Assembly: GCA_963845145.1 (NCBI GenBank)
Contig: CAWJQU010000001.1
Location: 64,001 to 128,000, forward strand
From: an uncultured delta proteobacterium
Lineage (GTDB): Bacteria; Desulfobacterota; Desulfobacteria; Desulfobacterales; QNYZ01
Direction of reading: 5' to 3'
Length of the DNA stretch: 64,000 bases
Under the pieces are notes generated by a model. That model was not told the DNA's origin. It was given only the letters and a program-made list of their open reading frames with translations, and did no database searches. A program made the translations under genes and the position numbers. Positions 51,269 to 60,694 of this stretch are shown here, one piece after another. How positions within the stretch are numbered: position 1 is the stretch's first letter; each line of letters starts with the position of its first letter.

Positions 51269-52650
51269 CTGATTTGGGAGGGAAAGATTTTACCCGGATT
51301 GAGTAACCCCTTAGGGTCTACCAATTGTTTGAGGCTCCGCATGAAGTTGAGTGTCCCTTGATCAATATTCCAGGCGATTTTTTCGCGCTTAATAAGCCCA
51401 ATGCCATGCTCTGCGGCAATTCTGCCTTCCAGTTCAATGGTTTTCTTTAAAATCGCATTTCTAGCTTCCTGGACGTTTTCCTTAAGTACGCTATCATTCT
51501 TTGGGGCGAGACTAACATGGATGTTTCCATCTCCGGCGTGGCCAAAACTAACAATGGTAACCGCATAGGTTTTACCAATCTCTTCAAATGCGTCGATAAT
51601 ATCTGGGATGCGGGATATGGGGACCGAAATGTCCTCTTCCTCCCAATCGGATTTCAGCTTGTTTAACGCCCCATGCAAGGTGCGTCTTGAACGCCATAAT
51701 TTATCCTGGTTTTTCGCATCGGCCGCTATTATGACTTCAATGGCCTTATTGGCAAGGCAAATCTGACGAATTCGTTCGATGTTAACTGCTATTTCAGATA
51801 CAGGCCCGTCCACATCCATTAAAAGCATGGCGTTTGTTCCCGGTGGAACAGGATCACCCATTAAATCGCTTACCGCATCAAGACAATACTTATCCAGGAG
51901 TTCCAATGTCGTGGGGGTAATACCCTTTCGGAGAATGTCGGGAACGGTTTTGGCCGCGGATTTTATATCATGAAATACCGCCGACACTGTTTGCCTGGAT
52001 TCGGGTTGGGGCAACAACCTGAGAATGGCCTGGGTCACCACCCCCAGGGTTCCTTCCGAACCGACGAACAGCCGGGTGATATCGTAGCCGACGACATCTT
52101 TGATGCATTTAGAGCCGGTATGGATGATTTCCCCATTGGGCAATACCACCTCCAGGCCCATAACATAATTCTCGGTGACGCCGTATTTCACCGCCCGCAT
52201 ACCACCCGCATTTTCAGCTATATTGCCACCGATGGTTGAAATCGCCATGCTTGCGGGGTCAGGCGGGTAGAACAGACCATCTTTCTCTACGGCTTTTTGG
52301 AGGTGAGATGTGATCACCCCAGGCTCCACGACGGCAAGAAAATTATCCTTATCAATCGTAATAATACGGTTAAAATGTTTCATAACCATTACAATTCCGC
52401 CGGACAACGGTACCGCGCCACCGGTCAACCCGGTTCCGGCGCCCCGGGGTACGATGGGTATGTCGTGGGTGTTGCAAATGGCAAGAACCCTGGATACGTG
52501 GTCAACAGATTCCGGGAACACCACTGCTGCGGGTGTGCATTTTTGTCCTGAGGCATCATAGGCGTAAGTAATTCGATCTTCCATGGAAGTTCGGTAATTG
52601 GCCCTGCCGAGGCATGAAATAAATGATTTTTCAGCTTCTTTCGGAATCAT
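51244..52650 (-). CDS. FAD-linked oxidase (GlcD / D-lactate dehydrogenase-like)
   Basis: PRGAGTGLTGG, YPPDPAS, GSEGTLG, GHAGDGNIH, AEHGIG, LNPGK. Confidence 0.92.
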   Translation of the reverse strand: MIPKEAEKSFISCLGRANYRTSMEDRITYAYDASGQKCTPAAVVFPESVDHVSRVLAICNTHDIPIVPRGAGTGLTGGAVPLSGGIVMVMKHFNRIITIDKDNFLAVVEPGVITSHLQKAVEKDGLFYPPDPASMAISTIGGNIAENAGGMRAVKYGVTENYVMGLEVVLPNGEIIHTGSKCIKDVVGYDITRLFVGSEGTLGVVTQAILRLLPQPESRQTVSAVFHDIKSAAKTVPDILRKGITPTTLELLDKYCLDAVSDLMGDPVPPGTNAMLLMDVDGPVSEIAVNIERIRQICLANKAIEVIIAADAKNQDKLWRSRRTLHGALNKLKSDWEEEDISVPISRIPDIIDAFEEIGKTYAVTIVSFGHAGDGNIHVSLAPKNDSVLKENVQEARNAILKKTIELEGRIAAEHGIGLIKREKIAWNIDQGTLNFMRSLKQLVDPKGLLNPGKIFPSQISCSIEQSQ

Positions 52651-53980
52651 TGGGCAACCCCATTACTTTCGATACCAGCCGGGTCACTTTCAATACCATC
52701 CTGGTCACTTTTAATAAATGGCACCTGCACACCCCCCTGGGTCAAGACGGCTACTTTGCACTCAACCCGTCCGGCCAGCTCTCCTTCCACCGCCTCTTCC
52801 ACCGTCTGGTAATACGCGAATCCCATCTTTTGGGTCTCTTGGAACGTAATACCGGACGATACCAGGGCAATTCTGAAGCGGTTGGAGATCATTTTCAGAG
52901 CCGTAGCTTCCGAAGCGGCAACCGTATCGGCCGCGCGGCGCGGTTTTGATCATGGACCGCAAATCGGCTATGCTTTTAGACAAGTATTCACATAGAAGGG
53001 GGTGTTCGCCAAAAGACTCCCGGCACGCAGCAACCAGGATCAACGAACCGCCCTCCTCGGCCATAAGCTCAGCCGAACCAAGGGCTTTGGTGGCCTGCCA
53101 GAAGTCAATATCATAGGGGTAGGCGTTGGCCAGCACCACCGGATACTTACGGGCAACCGACACGCCATAAATACGCATGGCCAGGCGGGCGCCGGTGCGG
53201 TGAGCTTCCACGGGATGCCCCGCCACACAGTTCGCGATACGGCCTTTGGCATCCAGAACCGCGTTTAAGATAAAATGAAGCGGAACCTTTTCGGCCACGA
53301 AGGCCTCAAGATCGACACGCAGGGTTGCGTCTGTCCGCGCCAGCTGGCTCTCCTTTAAAAAGGCTATTTTATTATGGAACGCCTCCACAGTCCGCTGACC
53401 ACACACGCCGGGCAGAATAATTTTCGCACCGCCACCAAAACCGGCGTCTATGTGCGGAACGATCATCCCCACCCCGATACGCAGGTCTGCATCGGCAACA
53501 GTCGTGTTCACCCAAGCCGGCACCCCGTTTGAGGATTCTCCCATATACTTCAGGCTGTTTTTTTCCCACGCAGAGGTGTTGACGATGGGGTAGCGCCCCG
53601 ATATCTCGAGACCGAACTTGAAGATAATTTCATCCCGGGTCATGGGACGATGCGTACCCAGGGCGATGACAATGGATATGGCGTCATCCCGCACCCCGGC
53701 GTCCGGCCAACTCCTCCAGAATATGCGGAAGCATCAAATGCGTGGGCGTCTTACGTGTGATGTCGTCGACGATGAGGGCCACCCTTGGGGGCCGGGCGAC
53801 GGGAAGGATCACCTCCCTCAACCGCGCTGAACCTATTGGGTTGTTAAGGGCACGGCGCACCTCGCGCTCGGGGTCCACGGCCGATGCCATCTTGCGTGGT
53901 TTGAGGACCTCGCCGAGCGTGTCGGCCTCAAAATTTACACACAAATTTCTATTTTCCGCCGGCAATTCTAATACAGCCAT
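52647..53980 (-). CDS. LarA-family nickel-pincer racemase/epimerase with two +1 frameshifts (about 53705 and 52930)
   Basis: DDITRKTP, ALGTHRPM, VPH..AGFGGGAK.ILPG, PYDIDFWQATK; C-terminus VAVLTQGG in a third frame. Confidence 0.82.
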
Positions 53981-54091
53981 CAGGATTCACCGATCATGGG
54001 ATGTGGCTTGCAGCAGGGCTCTGTGGCACGCGTGTTCAAGGTCGCGCGTCAGGTTGCAGCTTAACGGCATGGATTTCATGTGCGCTCTCAT

Positions 54092-54775
54092 TCAATGGCT
54101 TTCTTCCATCTCCAAGCGCAATCCAGGAATTTCTAGTCGTTTACTCAGAATTCGCAAAATGATACTGGCGACACCCACAAGTAAAAGATAAATAAGGGCA
54201 ACCAAAACATAGGTTTGTATGGGTGCAAACTGCTGGCTGGCGATCCTTTTAGCCTGGGCCATGAGATCGGGCACGGCAATCAGGAACACCACGGCCGTAT
54301 ACTTGATCATGGAAATCAGTTCGTTGGACCAGGCCGGAATAACCAACCTGAACGCCTGGGGTAGTATAATGCTCCAGATCGCCGTTACGCGACTCATACC
54401 GATGGCCCGGGCCGCGGTCATCTGTCCACCATCCACGGCTTGAATGGCACCACGAAAATACTCCGCCTGGTAGGCACTGGAGTTGAGCCCCAGGGTCACG
54501 TAGGCCGCTACCATCCTGGAGAGCGTCAGCCCTACGCCCGGCAGACCGAAGTACACGATAAAAAGTTGGACGAGTAACGGGGTGCCCCTGAAAAAATTAA
54601 TGTAGACGAATAGGCTTTTATTCAGCCAGCCGGGGCCATACACCCGCAGCAGGGCAATCGGCAGTCCAATGAAGAACCCCAGCAGGATGGCGCCCAAAGT
54701 CAATTGCAAGGTCAGGACCGTTCCCTCTAGCATGGCCGGCAGGTTCTCCATGGCGAATGGTAGAAAATCACCCAT
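54092..54775 (-). CDS. Polar amino acid ABC transporter permease
   Basis: FRGTPLLVQL, AYQAEYFRGAI, GQMTAARAIGM. Confidence 0.93.
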   Translation of the reverse strand: MGDFLPFAMENLPAMLEGTVLTLQLTLGAILLGFFIGLPIALLRVYGPGWLNKSLFVYINFFRGTPLLVQLFIVYFGLPGVGLTLSRMVAAYVTLGLNSSAYQAEYFRGAIQAVDGGQMTAARAIGMSRVTAIWSIILPQAFRLVIPAWSNELISMIKYTAVVFLIAVPDLMAQAKRIASQQFAPIQTYVLVALIYLLLVGVASIILRILSKRLEIPGLRLEMEESH

Positions 54776-55532
54776 CAGCGCCCCCGTTTCCGGTGTGTGA
54801 GATCATGGAAAGGAACTGTCTGGCACGCTGGGTTTTTGGATTCTCGAACACCTCATCCGGTGGGCCGTCTTCCTGAACAACACCACCTTCCATGAAGATA
54901 ACCCGATCAGCCGCCTCACGGGCAAAACTCATTTCATGGGATACGATGAGCATGGTCATGCCCTCCACGGCCAGTTTCTTCATTACGGCGAGCACTTCGC
55001 CTGTCAGCTCCGGATCCAGGGCAGAAGTAGGTTCGTCAAAAAGCATAATGCGCGGGTCCATACCGAGGGCTCGGGCGATACCGACGCGTTGTTTCTGACC
55101 ACCCGAAAGCTGGGCTGGATATTTGCCCGCATGCTCGGCCATGCCTACTCGGGCGAGTTCGTGCAGGCCCTTTTGTCTGGCCGCGCCCGCCTTCATGTGA
55201 GACACCTTGCGCAGGCCGATAGTAACGTTGTCCAGGGCGGTGAGATGATTGAAAAGATTAAACTCCTGGAAAACCATGCCAATCCTGCGCCGCACATGGT
55301 CCTTGCTCATGCCTTTTGCGGTTATCTCCTGCTCCTCCAACCAGATCCGTCCTCCGGAAGGTTTGACCAGCAGGTTGATGCACTTGAGCAGCGTGCTCTT
55401 GCCCGTACCGCTGGGGCCGATGATAACGGCCACCTCGCTTGGCTCCATGGAGAAGGAGACATCCTTGATGACCTCAACGCCGCTAAACGACCGTTTCAAA
55501 TTTTCAATTTTCAGGATCGGGTTCGATGCCAT
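54768..55532 (-). CDS. Polar amino acid ABC transporter ATP-binding protein
   Basis: GPSGTGKST, LSGGQKQR, FDEPTSALDPE. Confidence 0.95.
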   Translation of the reverse strand: MASNPILKIENLKRSFSGVEVIKDVSFSMEPSEVAVIIGPSGTGKSTLLKCINLLVKPSGGRIWLEEQEITAKGMSKDHVRRRIGMVFQEFNLFNHLTALDNVTIGLRKVSHMKAGAARQKGLHELARVGMAEHAGKYPAQLSGGQKQRVGIARALGMDPRIMLFDEPTSALDPELTGEVLAVMKKLAVEGMTMLIVSHEMSFAREAADRVIFMEGGVVQEDGPPDEVFENPKTQRARQFLSMISHTGNGGADG

Positions 55533-55544
55533 CGTTTTTTTCCG

Positions 55545-56177
55545 TCACATCACAATACGAAATTTTCGTTCAAAGACGCCCAAAGCCTGAGTCGCCATAA
55601 AGGTGAGCAGAAAATAAAGGATCGCGGCCGAGCCGAAAGCAATGAAAGGTTCATAGGTCCTTGCACTGATGTATTGTGCCCGTCGAAGGATTTCAGGAAC
55701 GCCGATGACGAAAATCAGGGATGAATCCTTGAGCACTAAAGTCACTTCGTTGGACCAGGCGGGAATGGCGATCCTTAGGGCTTGGGGTAGAACAATGTTC
55801 CGGATGGCCACCCATTTGCTCATGCCGACAGCCCGGGCGGCCACCATTTGATTGGCCGGAACGGAGAGTATGGCACCCCGGAAGATCTCTGTCTGATACG
55901 CGCCGCTGGCAAATCCCAGGGCAAAAGCGCCTGAATAGAAAGCGGACAGATCCACGAATTCGGCAATGACAAAAAAAAGGATGAAGATGATCACGACCAC
56001 CGGAACAGCCCGCACCACAATGCTGTAGGCCGTGGCAATCCAGGAGAAACCCGGTCCACCATACACACGCAGCACCGCCATAAATAAGCCCAGGGCCACA
56101 CCCAGAGCCAGGGCGATGAGGGTCACCGATAAGGTGATCCAGATTCCCGGAAGAATATACTGCAGCGCCGCCCACAT
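55545..56177 (-). CDS. Polar amino acid ABC transporter permease
   Basis: AYQTEIFRGAI, QMVAARAVGM, LPQALR. Confidence 0.93.
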   Translation of the reverse strand: MWAALQYILPGIWITLSVTLIALALGVALGLFMAVLRVYGGPGFSWIATAYSIVVRAVPVVVIIFILFFVIAEFVDLSAFYSGAFALGFASGAYQTEIFRGAILSVPANQMVAARAVGMSKWVAIRNIVLPQALRIAIPAWSNEVTLVLKDSSLIFVIGVPEILRRAQYISARTYEPFIAFGSAAILYFLLTFMATQALGVFERKFRIVM

Positions 56178-56198
56178 GGTCCGCTCTCTCCTTTATTG

Positions 56199-56232
56199 AT
56201 TCGGCGGACCGGCCCCCGCCCGCCCGCCGAAT
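56199..56232 (-). other. GC-rich intercistronic hairpin after the binding-protein gene
   Basis: attcggcgg...ccgccgaat inverted repeat. Confidence 0.6.
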
Positions 56233-56245
56233 GGCAGCCCAATTC

Positions 56246-57031
56246 TTAGAACAGACCGTACTTATCCATAATTTTCTTCAAGGTCCCGTCGGCTTTAATG
56301 GCTTCAATGGCCTTGTCAACTTCGGCCTTCAGGGCCGCTTCACCTTCCGGCATGGCGATGGACTGGCCGCCGGCCACGGTTTCGGTGGTGATCAGGGCAA
56401 TTTCCAGACCGGCTTTCTCAGCGTGCTGTTTGGCGGGGTCGGAGATGATAAACAAGATGTCTGCGCGACCGGCGCTGATGTCCATGGCAGCGCTGTCTAC
56501 CCGCTCGTAGGAAAAGACATTATCCTTGTCCGTCTTACCGGTTTCGACCAGGTGTTTATTAACCCACTTTTCCTGGATGGTGCCGGTCTGCACGGCGATT
56601 TTATGGCCGGCCGCGTCTTCGGGTTTAACCATTTTAATACCCGAGCCCTTCTTCACCAAGAACGCATCCTTGATTTCATGGTAGACTATTGAAAAATCAA
56701 CGGACTTGTCACGCTCGGGCGTCGCCTGCATAGCGGCAACGACGGCGTCGATCTTCTTGTTCTGCAATGCGGCGATGAGGGTGTCAAAACCCATGTCCAC
56801 AATCTTAACCTCCACGCCCATGCGCTTGCCGACTTCACGGATAAGATCCATGTCAAAACCGACGAAGTTGTCCTTTTCGTCCTTGGACTCATAGGGCGGG
56901 TAATCGGCTGAGGTGCCAACAACCATTTCACCCTTGGATTTGACATCGCTTAGGACATCGGCGGACGCCACGCCGGCAAGGATCAGCAAGCCTGTCAAAA
57001 GAACCGATATAAAGAATACACGACGCTTCAT
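56246..57031 (-). CDS. Polar amino acid ABC transporter substrate-binding protein (family 3)
   Basis: Signal peptide, GTSADYPPYE, GFDMDL, VQTGTIQE; AAGGAGG RBS. Confidence 0.93.
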   Translation of the reverse strand: MKRRVFFISVLLTGLLILAGVASADVLSDVKSKGEMVVGTSADYPPYESKDEKDNFVGFDMDLIREVGKRMGVEVKIVDMGFDTLIAALQNKKIDAVVAAMQATPERDKSVDFSIVYHEIKDAFLVKKGSGIKMVKPEDAAGHKIAVQTGTIQEKWVNKHLVETGKTDKDNVFSYERVDSAAMDISAGRADILFIISDPAKQHAEKAGLEIALITTETVAGGQSIAMPEGEAALKAEVDKAIEAIKADGTLKKIMDKYGLF

Positions 57032-57267
57032 TGTACTACCTCCTTAAATGTTAAATTGTTTTTCTCGGAGCTCACGCACTTCGATGGAGAGCTTCCTCAT
57101 TGTCATCAGAATACGGACAGTATCGTATTCAGGAAAAAAAAACCAGATTGCGGCAGGCATAATTGTTAAGCCGGCGCTTTCACTAAATGCCAGGTATGTT
57201 CAAAACAACACCAACCGTCATACCCCGATCTATCTACCCGATCTATCAAATTGGTTAATCAGGTCGG

Positions 57268-58107
57268 CTACCACCCGGTCAAACGCTTATGCCAAACCCA
57301 CATGCTTTCAATGCCACCTGAAATCTGGGTGTTGTTAACCAATGTCCCACCCCAGATATAGTTCGCCCTCTTGAAGACGATATTCATTCCGGCTGAGAGT
57401 GTTCGTGAAATGGTAAATGCGGTCCGCATCCCCGCCGCAATCATCTCCTGCTCCAGACGGGCCAGCAGATAGGCTGCCATTCCCTTTCCACGCATCTCGG
57501 ACAACACAGCAAAATCGGTCATCTCCGCCGCCAAATGGGCCCTATCCATTTCCCCGGCGCACAACCCCACGATGCGTCGGTTCACGGTAGCGCAAAGGTA
57601 TCGTGTATGGGAGGCCATGGTCTCGGCCAGGTATTCAGGATCATCCACAGGAAACGGATAGGAAGCAAACACCCTCCTGAAAATATGCGCTATTTCAACA
57701 CAATCAGACGGGTCACATAAACGGATGGCGGGAAGATCGGCCGCCTGTAACAAAGACGGCTCGGAATCATTCGCAACAAGGGTAAAGTTTCTTTTCACTC
57801 GGGCCGGATGATACTCCCGGTCGCGGCCCGTCTGAAAAAATCTTGACATAAAAAGAAGCTTCTCCCCCGATGCAAAATATTCCGTTATCGCGGCCTCCCT
57901 GACATATTGGGCCTCAAGGAACGCCCCTTCCATGGATTCCGGTACGCGGGCCAGGATTTTGGAATATCCCTTCGTGGTCGCCAAATCATCTATTTTTTCA
58001 ATGACCCAGGGCACCTCTTCAGGGCAGGGGGTCATCAAGTAGACACGGTTATTGAACGGCCCATGCTGGACGATGGATCGGCCGATGGTCGTGATGGTAT
58101 CCGTCAT
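57268..58107 (-). CDS. ablB: Beta-lysine N-acetyltransferase-like GNAT (AblB family)
   Basis: QHGPFNNRVYLM, VFASYPFPVDDPEYL, AEMTDFA, GMN, GTLVNNTQISGGIESM.VWHK. Confidence 0.78.
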   Translation of the reverse strand: MTDTITTIGRSIVQHGPFNNRVYLMTPCPEEVPWVIEKIDDLATTKGYSKILARVPESMEGAFLEAQYVREAAITEYFASGEKLLFMSRFFQTGRDREYHPARVKRNFTLVANDSEPSLLQAADLPAIRLCDPSDCVEIAHIFRRVFASYPFPVDDPEYLAETMASHTRYLCATVNRRIVGLCAGEMDRAHLAAEMTDFAVLSEMRGKGMAAYLLARLEQEMIAAGMRTAFTISRTLSAGMNIVFKRANYIWGGTLVNNTQISGGIESMWVWHKRLTGW

Positions 58108-58209
58108 GAATGCCTTGGAATGATTTTTGATTATCCCATCGTATAACCCTTACCTTAGCCCAAATTTGGATCTTAGCCCACTTTTGGGCGTGTATCAAGA
58201 AATGCGGCA

Positions 58210-58262
58210 GGGCAATCGCAAATATCAACCATGCTTTTTTAATTTTACTTGCGATTACCCTA
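58210..58262 (-). repeat. Dispersed palindromic element, copy 2 (family A, core hairpin only)
   Basis: gggcaatcgcaaatatcaaccatgctt...ttgcgattacccta, near-identical to the reverse complement of 12886-12938. Confidence 0.88.
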
Positions 58263-58373
58263 AGAAATGCGGTGAATCCACTTGAATTGGCCTCGGATTA
58301 TGATAATAATGATGGATACTTAATATCAACCCGAATGATCCCAACCGAAAAGCAAAATCGGAAAGCGAATCCC

Positions 58374-59036
58374 ATGAAATACCCCTTTTTACTTTATAAT
58401 CAGCAGATCAAGCATGTCCCGATCTTTCCCAATCTGGACGGAGCCCCCTATCTGTTAAACCTGTCGGACACAAATGCCATTATGAACGAAGTCGATTTCA
58501 GCGATCAACCGGCCTTTCAAAAGTGGCTGGAAGGACATATGGGGAGTCGATATACGTGGGGGTTCGCCGATTACCTTGAGCCACGGCAACAACTTCTCAA
58601 AGACTGCCCCCAAATGGTTTCTGAAAATCGGTTTTATCACCTCGGAATTGATATTATCGTACCCCTGGGAGCGGCCCTGCACGCACCGCTAAACGGTACT
58701 GTCCAGGCGGTGGGGTATGAGGAAGGGAATGGTAATTACGGTGGTTTTGTCATTTTGAAACATCTGTTTGAAAGTACCGACACCTTCTACAGTCTGTATG
58801 GCCATTTATGCCAAACGTCGCTTCCCGAAAAGGGCCAATCGTTTGCGGCCGGGGAAGCGTTTGCCAAGATCGGCGACTTTCATGAGAACGGTAACTGGTT
58901 CTACCATACTCATCTTCAAATAATCACCGAAATTGGTATGCAAAAGGGCTTTGCCACCAAAGGGTACGCGGCGCCTGAAGACATGCCGGAAATGCAGGCG
59001 CTGTGCCCCTCCCCGGTCCCATTGTTTAAACGGTGA
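58374..59036 (+). CDS. M23 metallopeptidase-domain protein without a signal peptide
   Basis: HLGID (HxxxD), YSLYGHL, ENGNWFYHTHLQ (HxH). Confidence 0.8.
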   Translation: MKYPFLLYNQQIKHVPIFPNLDGAPYLLNLSDTNAIMNEVDFSDQPAFQKWLEGHMGSRYTWGFADYLEPRQQLLKDCPQMVSENRFYHLGIDIIVPLGAALHAPLNGTVQAVGYEEGNGNYGGFVILKHLFESTDTFYSLYGHLCQTSLPEKGQSFAAGEAFAKIGDFHENGNWFYHTHLQIITEIGMQKGFATKGYAAPEDMPEMQALCPSPVPLFKR

Positions 59037-59092
59037 TCTACCCTTTAATTATGCATTTATAACAACCCAATAAAAAAATAAGGTTTACCTCC

Positions 59093-60250
59093 ATGCCAAA
59101 AACCGCTGAGCGGCTCAACCTGTTGACCGAGTCGGTAATTCGGGAAATGACCCGAATAGCCGACAAATATGAGGCCATCAATCTATCCCAGGGATTTCCG
59201 GATATCGATCCGCCACCGGAAGTGCTGGAAGCCGCCCACCGGGCCATCTCCGGCCCCTATCATCAATATGCCGTCACCTGGGGTGCGCCCAATTTCAGAC
59301 AGGCCCTGGCCGAAAAGCAACGCCGCTTTATGGGACTGGACCTGGATGCCGATGACCATATCGTAGTGACTTGCGGTGGTACCGAGGCCATGATGGTGGC
59401 CATGATGACCGCTTGCAATCCCGGCGACAAGGTGATCGTCTTTTCGCCCTATTATGAAAACTATGGCGCCGATACGATCCTTACCGGCGCCCAGCCGATT
59501 TTCGTCCCCCTACACCCGCCGGACTTTTCTTTTGACCCCGATGAATTGCGCCGGGCCTTCAAACAGGGGGCCAAGGCCCTGGTATTGTGCAATCCCGCCA
59601 ACCCTTCGGGCAAGGTGTTCACTGAAAAAGAGCTGGCCATCATTGCCGATCTGGCCAAAGAGTTCAATGCCTTCGTCCTAACCGATGAAGTCTACGAGCA
59701 TATCGTCTATGCACCCAATAAACACGTTTATATAGCCGCCCTGCCGGAGATGTTCGAGCGCACCATCTCGGTCAGCTCATTATCCAAAACCTATTCCATG
59801 ACCGGCTGGCGTCTGGGATATGTCATTGCCCCCTCTAAGATCATTGCCGAGGCCCGCAAGGTGCATGACTTTCTAACGGTGGGCGCCGCCGCGCCGTTGC
59901 AGGAAGCGGCGGTAACAGCCCTTAAACTACCCCCCGCATATTATGAAGAACTGCAAACCGATTATACCCACAAGCGCGATCTGTTCTGCAGCTACTTGGA
60001 TGATGCAAATCTAAAGTATGTCAAACCCCAGGGCGCCTACTACGTTCTGGTGGATATCGGTGACTTTCAGGCAAAAGACGATACCGCCTTTTGCCGTTAT
60101 CTGGCCAAAGATATCGGCGTGGCCGCCGTACCCGGATCAAGTTTCTTTCAAGAGCCGGTACATCATTTGATTCGGCTTCATTTTGCCAAAAGCGATGACG
60201 TGCTCATCGAAGCCGGACAACGATTGGGCCGACTCAAGGCGGTGGCTTGA
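59093..60250 (+). CDS. Class I PLP aminotransferase (YbdL-like)
   Basis: INLSQGFPD, NPANPSGK, TDEVYEH, SLSKTYSMTGWRLG. Confidence 0.92.
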   Translation: MPKTAERLNLLTESVIREMTRIADKYEAINLSQGFPDIDPPPEVLEAAHRAISGPYHQYAVTWGAPNFRQALAEKQRRFMGLDLDADDHIVVTCGGTEAMMVAMMTACNPGDKVIVFSPYYENYGADTILTGAQPIFVPLHPPDFSFDPDELRRAFKQGAKALVLCNPANPSGKVFTEKELAIIADLAKEFNAFVLTDEVYEHIVYAPNKHVYIAALPEMFERTISVSSLSKTYSMTGWRLGYVIAPSKIIAEARKVHDFLTVGAAAPLQEAAVTALKLPPAYYEELQTDYTHKRDLFCSYLDDANLKYVKPQGAYYVLVDIGDFQAKDDTAFCRYLAKDIGVAAVPGSSFFQEPVHHLIRLHFAKSDDVLIEAGQRLGRLKAVA

Positions 60251-60300
60251 TTATTTACAAATAAGTTTAACCCAGTAAAATTAATCAGGGAGGCCCCCAC

Positions 60301-60663
60301 ATGGGCGAAAACTTTCTATCGATTATTGTGACCATTACGTTCTTTGTTCTCATGGCCTATCTGATCTTTAAAGGCAGGCAAAGGCGCTCGGAGCATAGTA
60401 GAGAGACGATACAACACGGCTCAGGACGCCCGGGTAACCAACGAAACGCCAATGAGGCCATGGCGGAATTTAATTCACACTTGGAACACCTACAAGCGCT
60501 GGCCCAGTCCCAGGAAGGCGCTACCCATGAGCCTCAGGCCCATGTGGTGAAAATTTTATCGGCAATACAGACCCAATTGGTTGACCTGGACAAACGCATC
60601 AAGGTTTTTGAAAAGGAAGCCGAGGCATTCAAAAAGAGCCATGTCGGTCTGGAAAACCCATAG
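60301..60663 (+). CDS. Hypothetical membrane-anchored coiled-coil protein
   Basis: GGAGG RBS, N-terminal TM helix. Confidence 0.65.
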   Translation: MGENFLSIIVTITFFVLMAYLIFKGRQRRSEHSRETIQHGSGRPGNQRNANEAMAEFNSHLEHLQALAQSQEGATHEPQAHVVKILSAIQTQLVDLDKRIKVFEKEAEAFKKSHVGLENP

Positions 60664-60694
60664 AACCGAGCCAATTTCAAAACGTTTTAGTTTG

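Noticed and set aside
54936..55724. 262-aa plus-strand ORF and similar long antisense ORFs (13260-13823, 19138-19713)
   Set aside because: Shadow frames opposite well-supported genes, with no recognisable motifs
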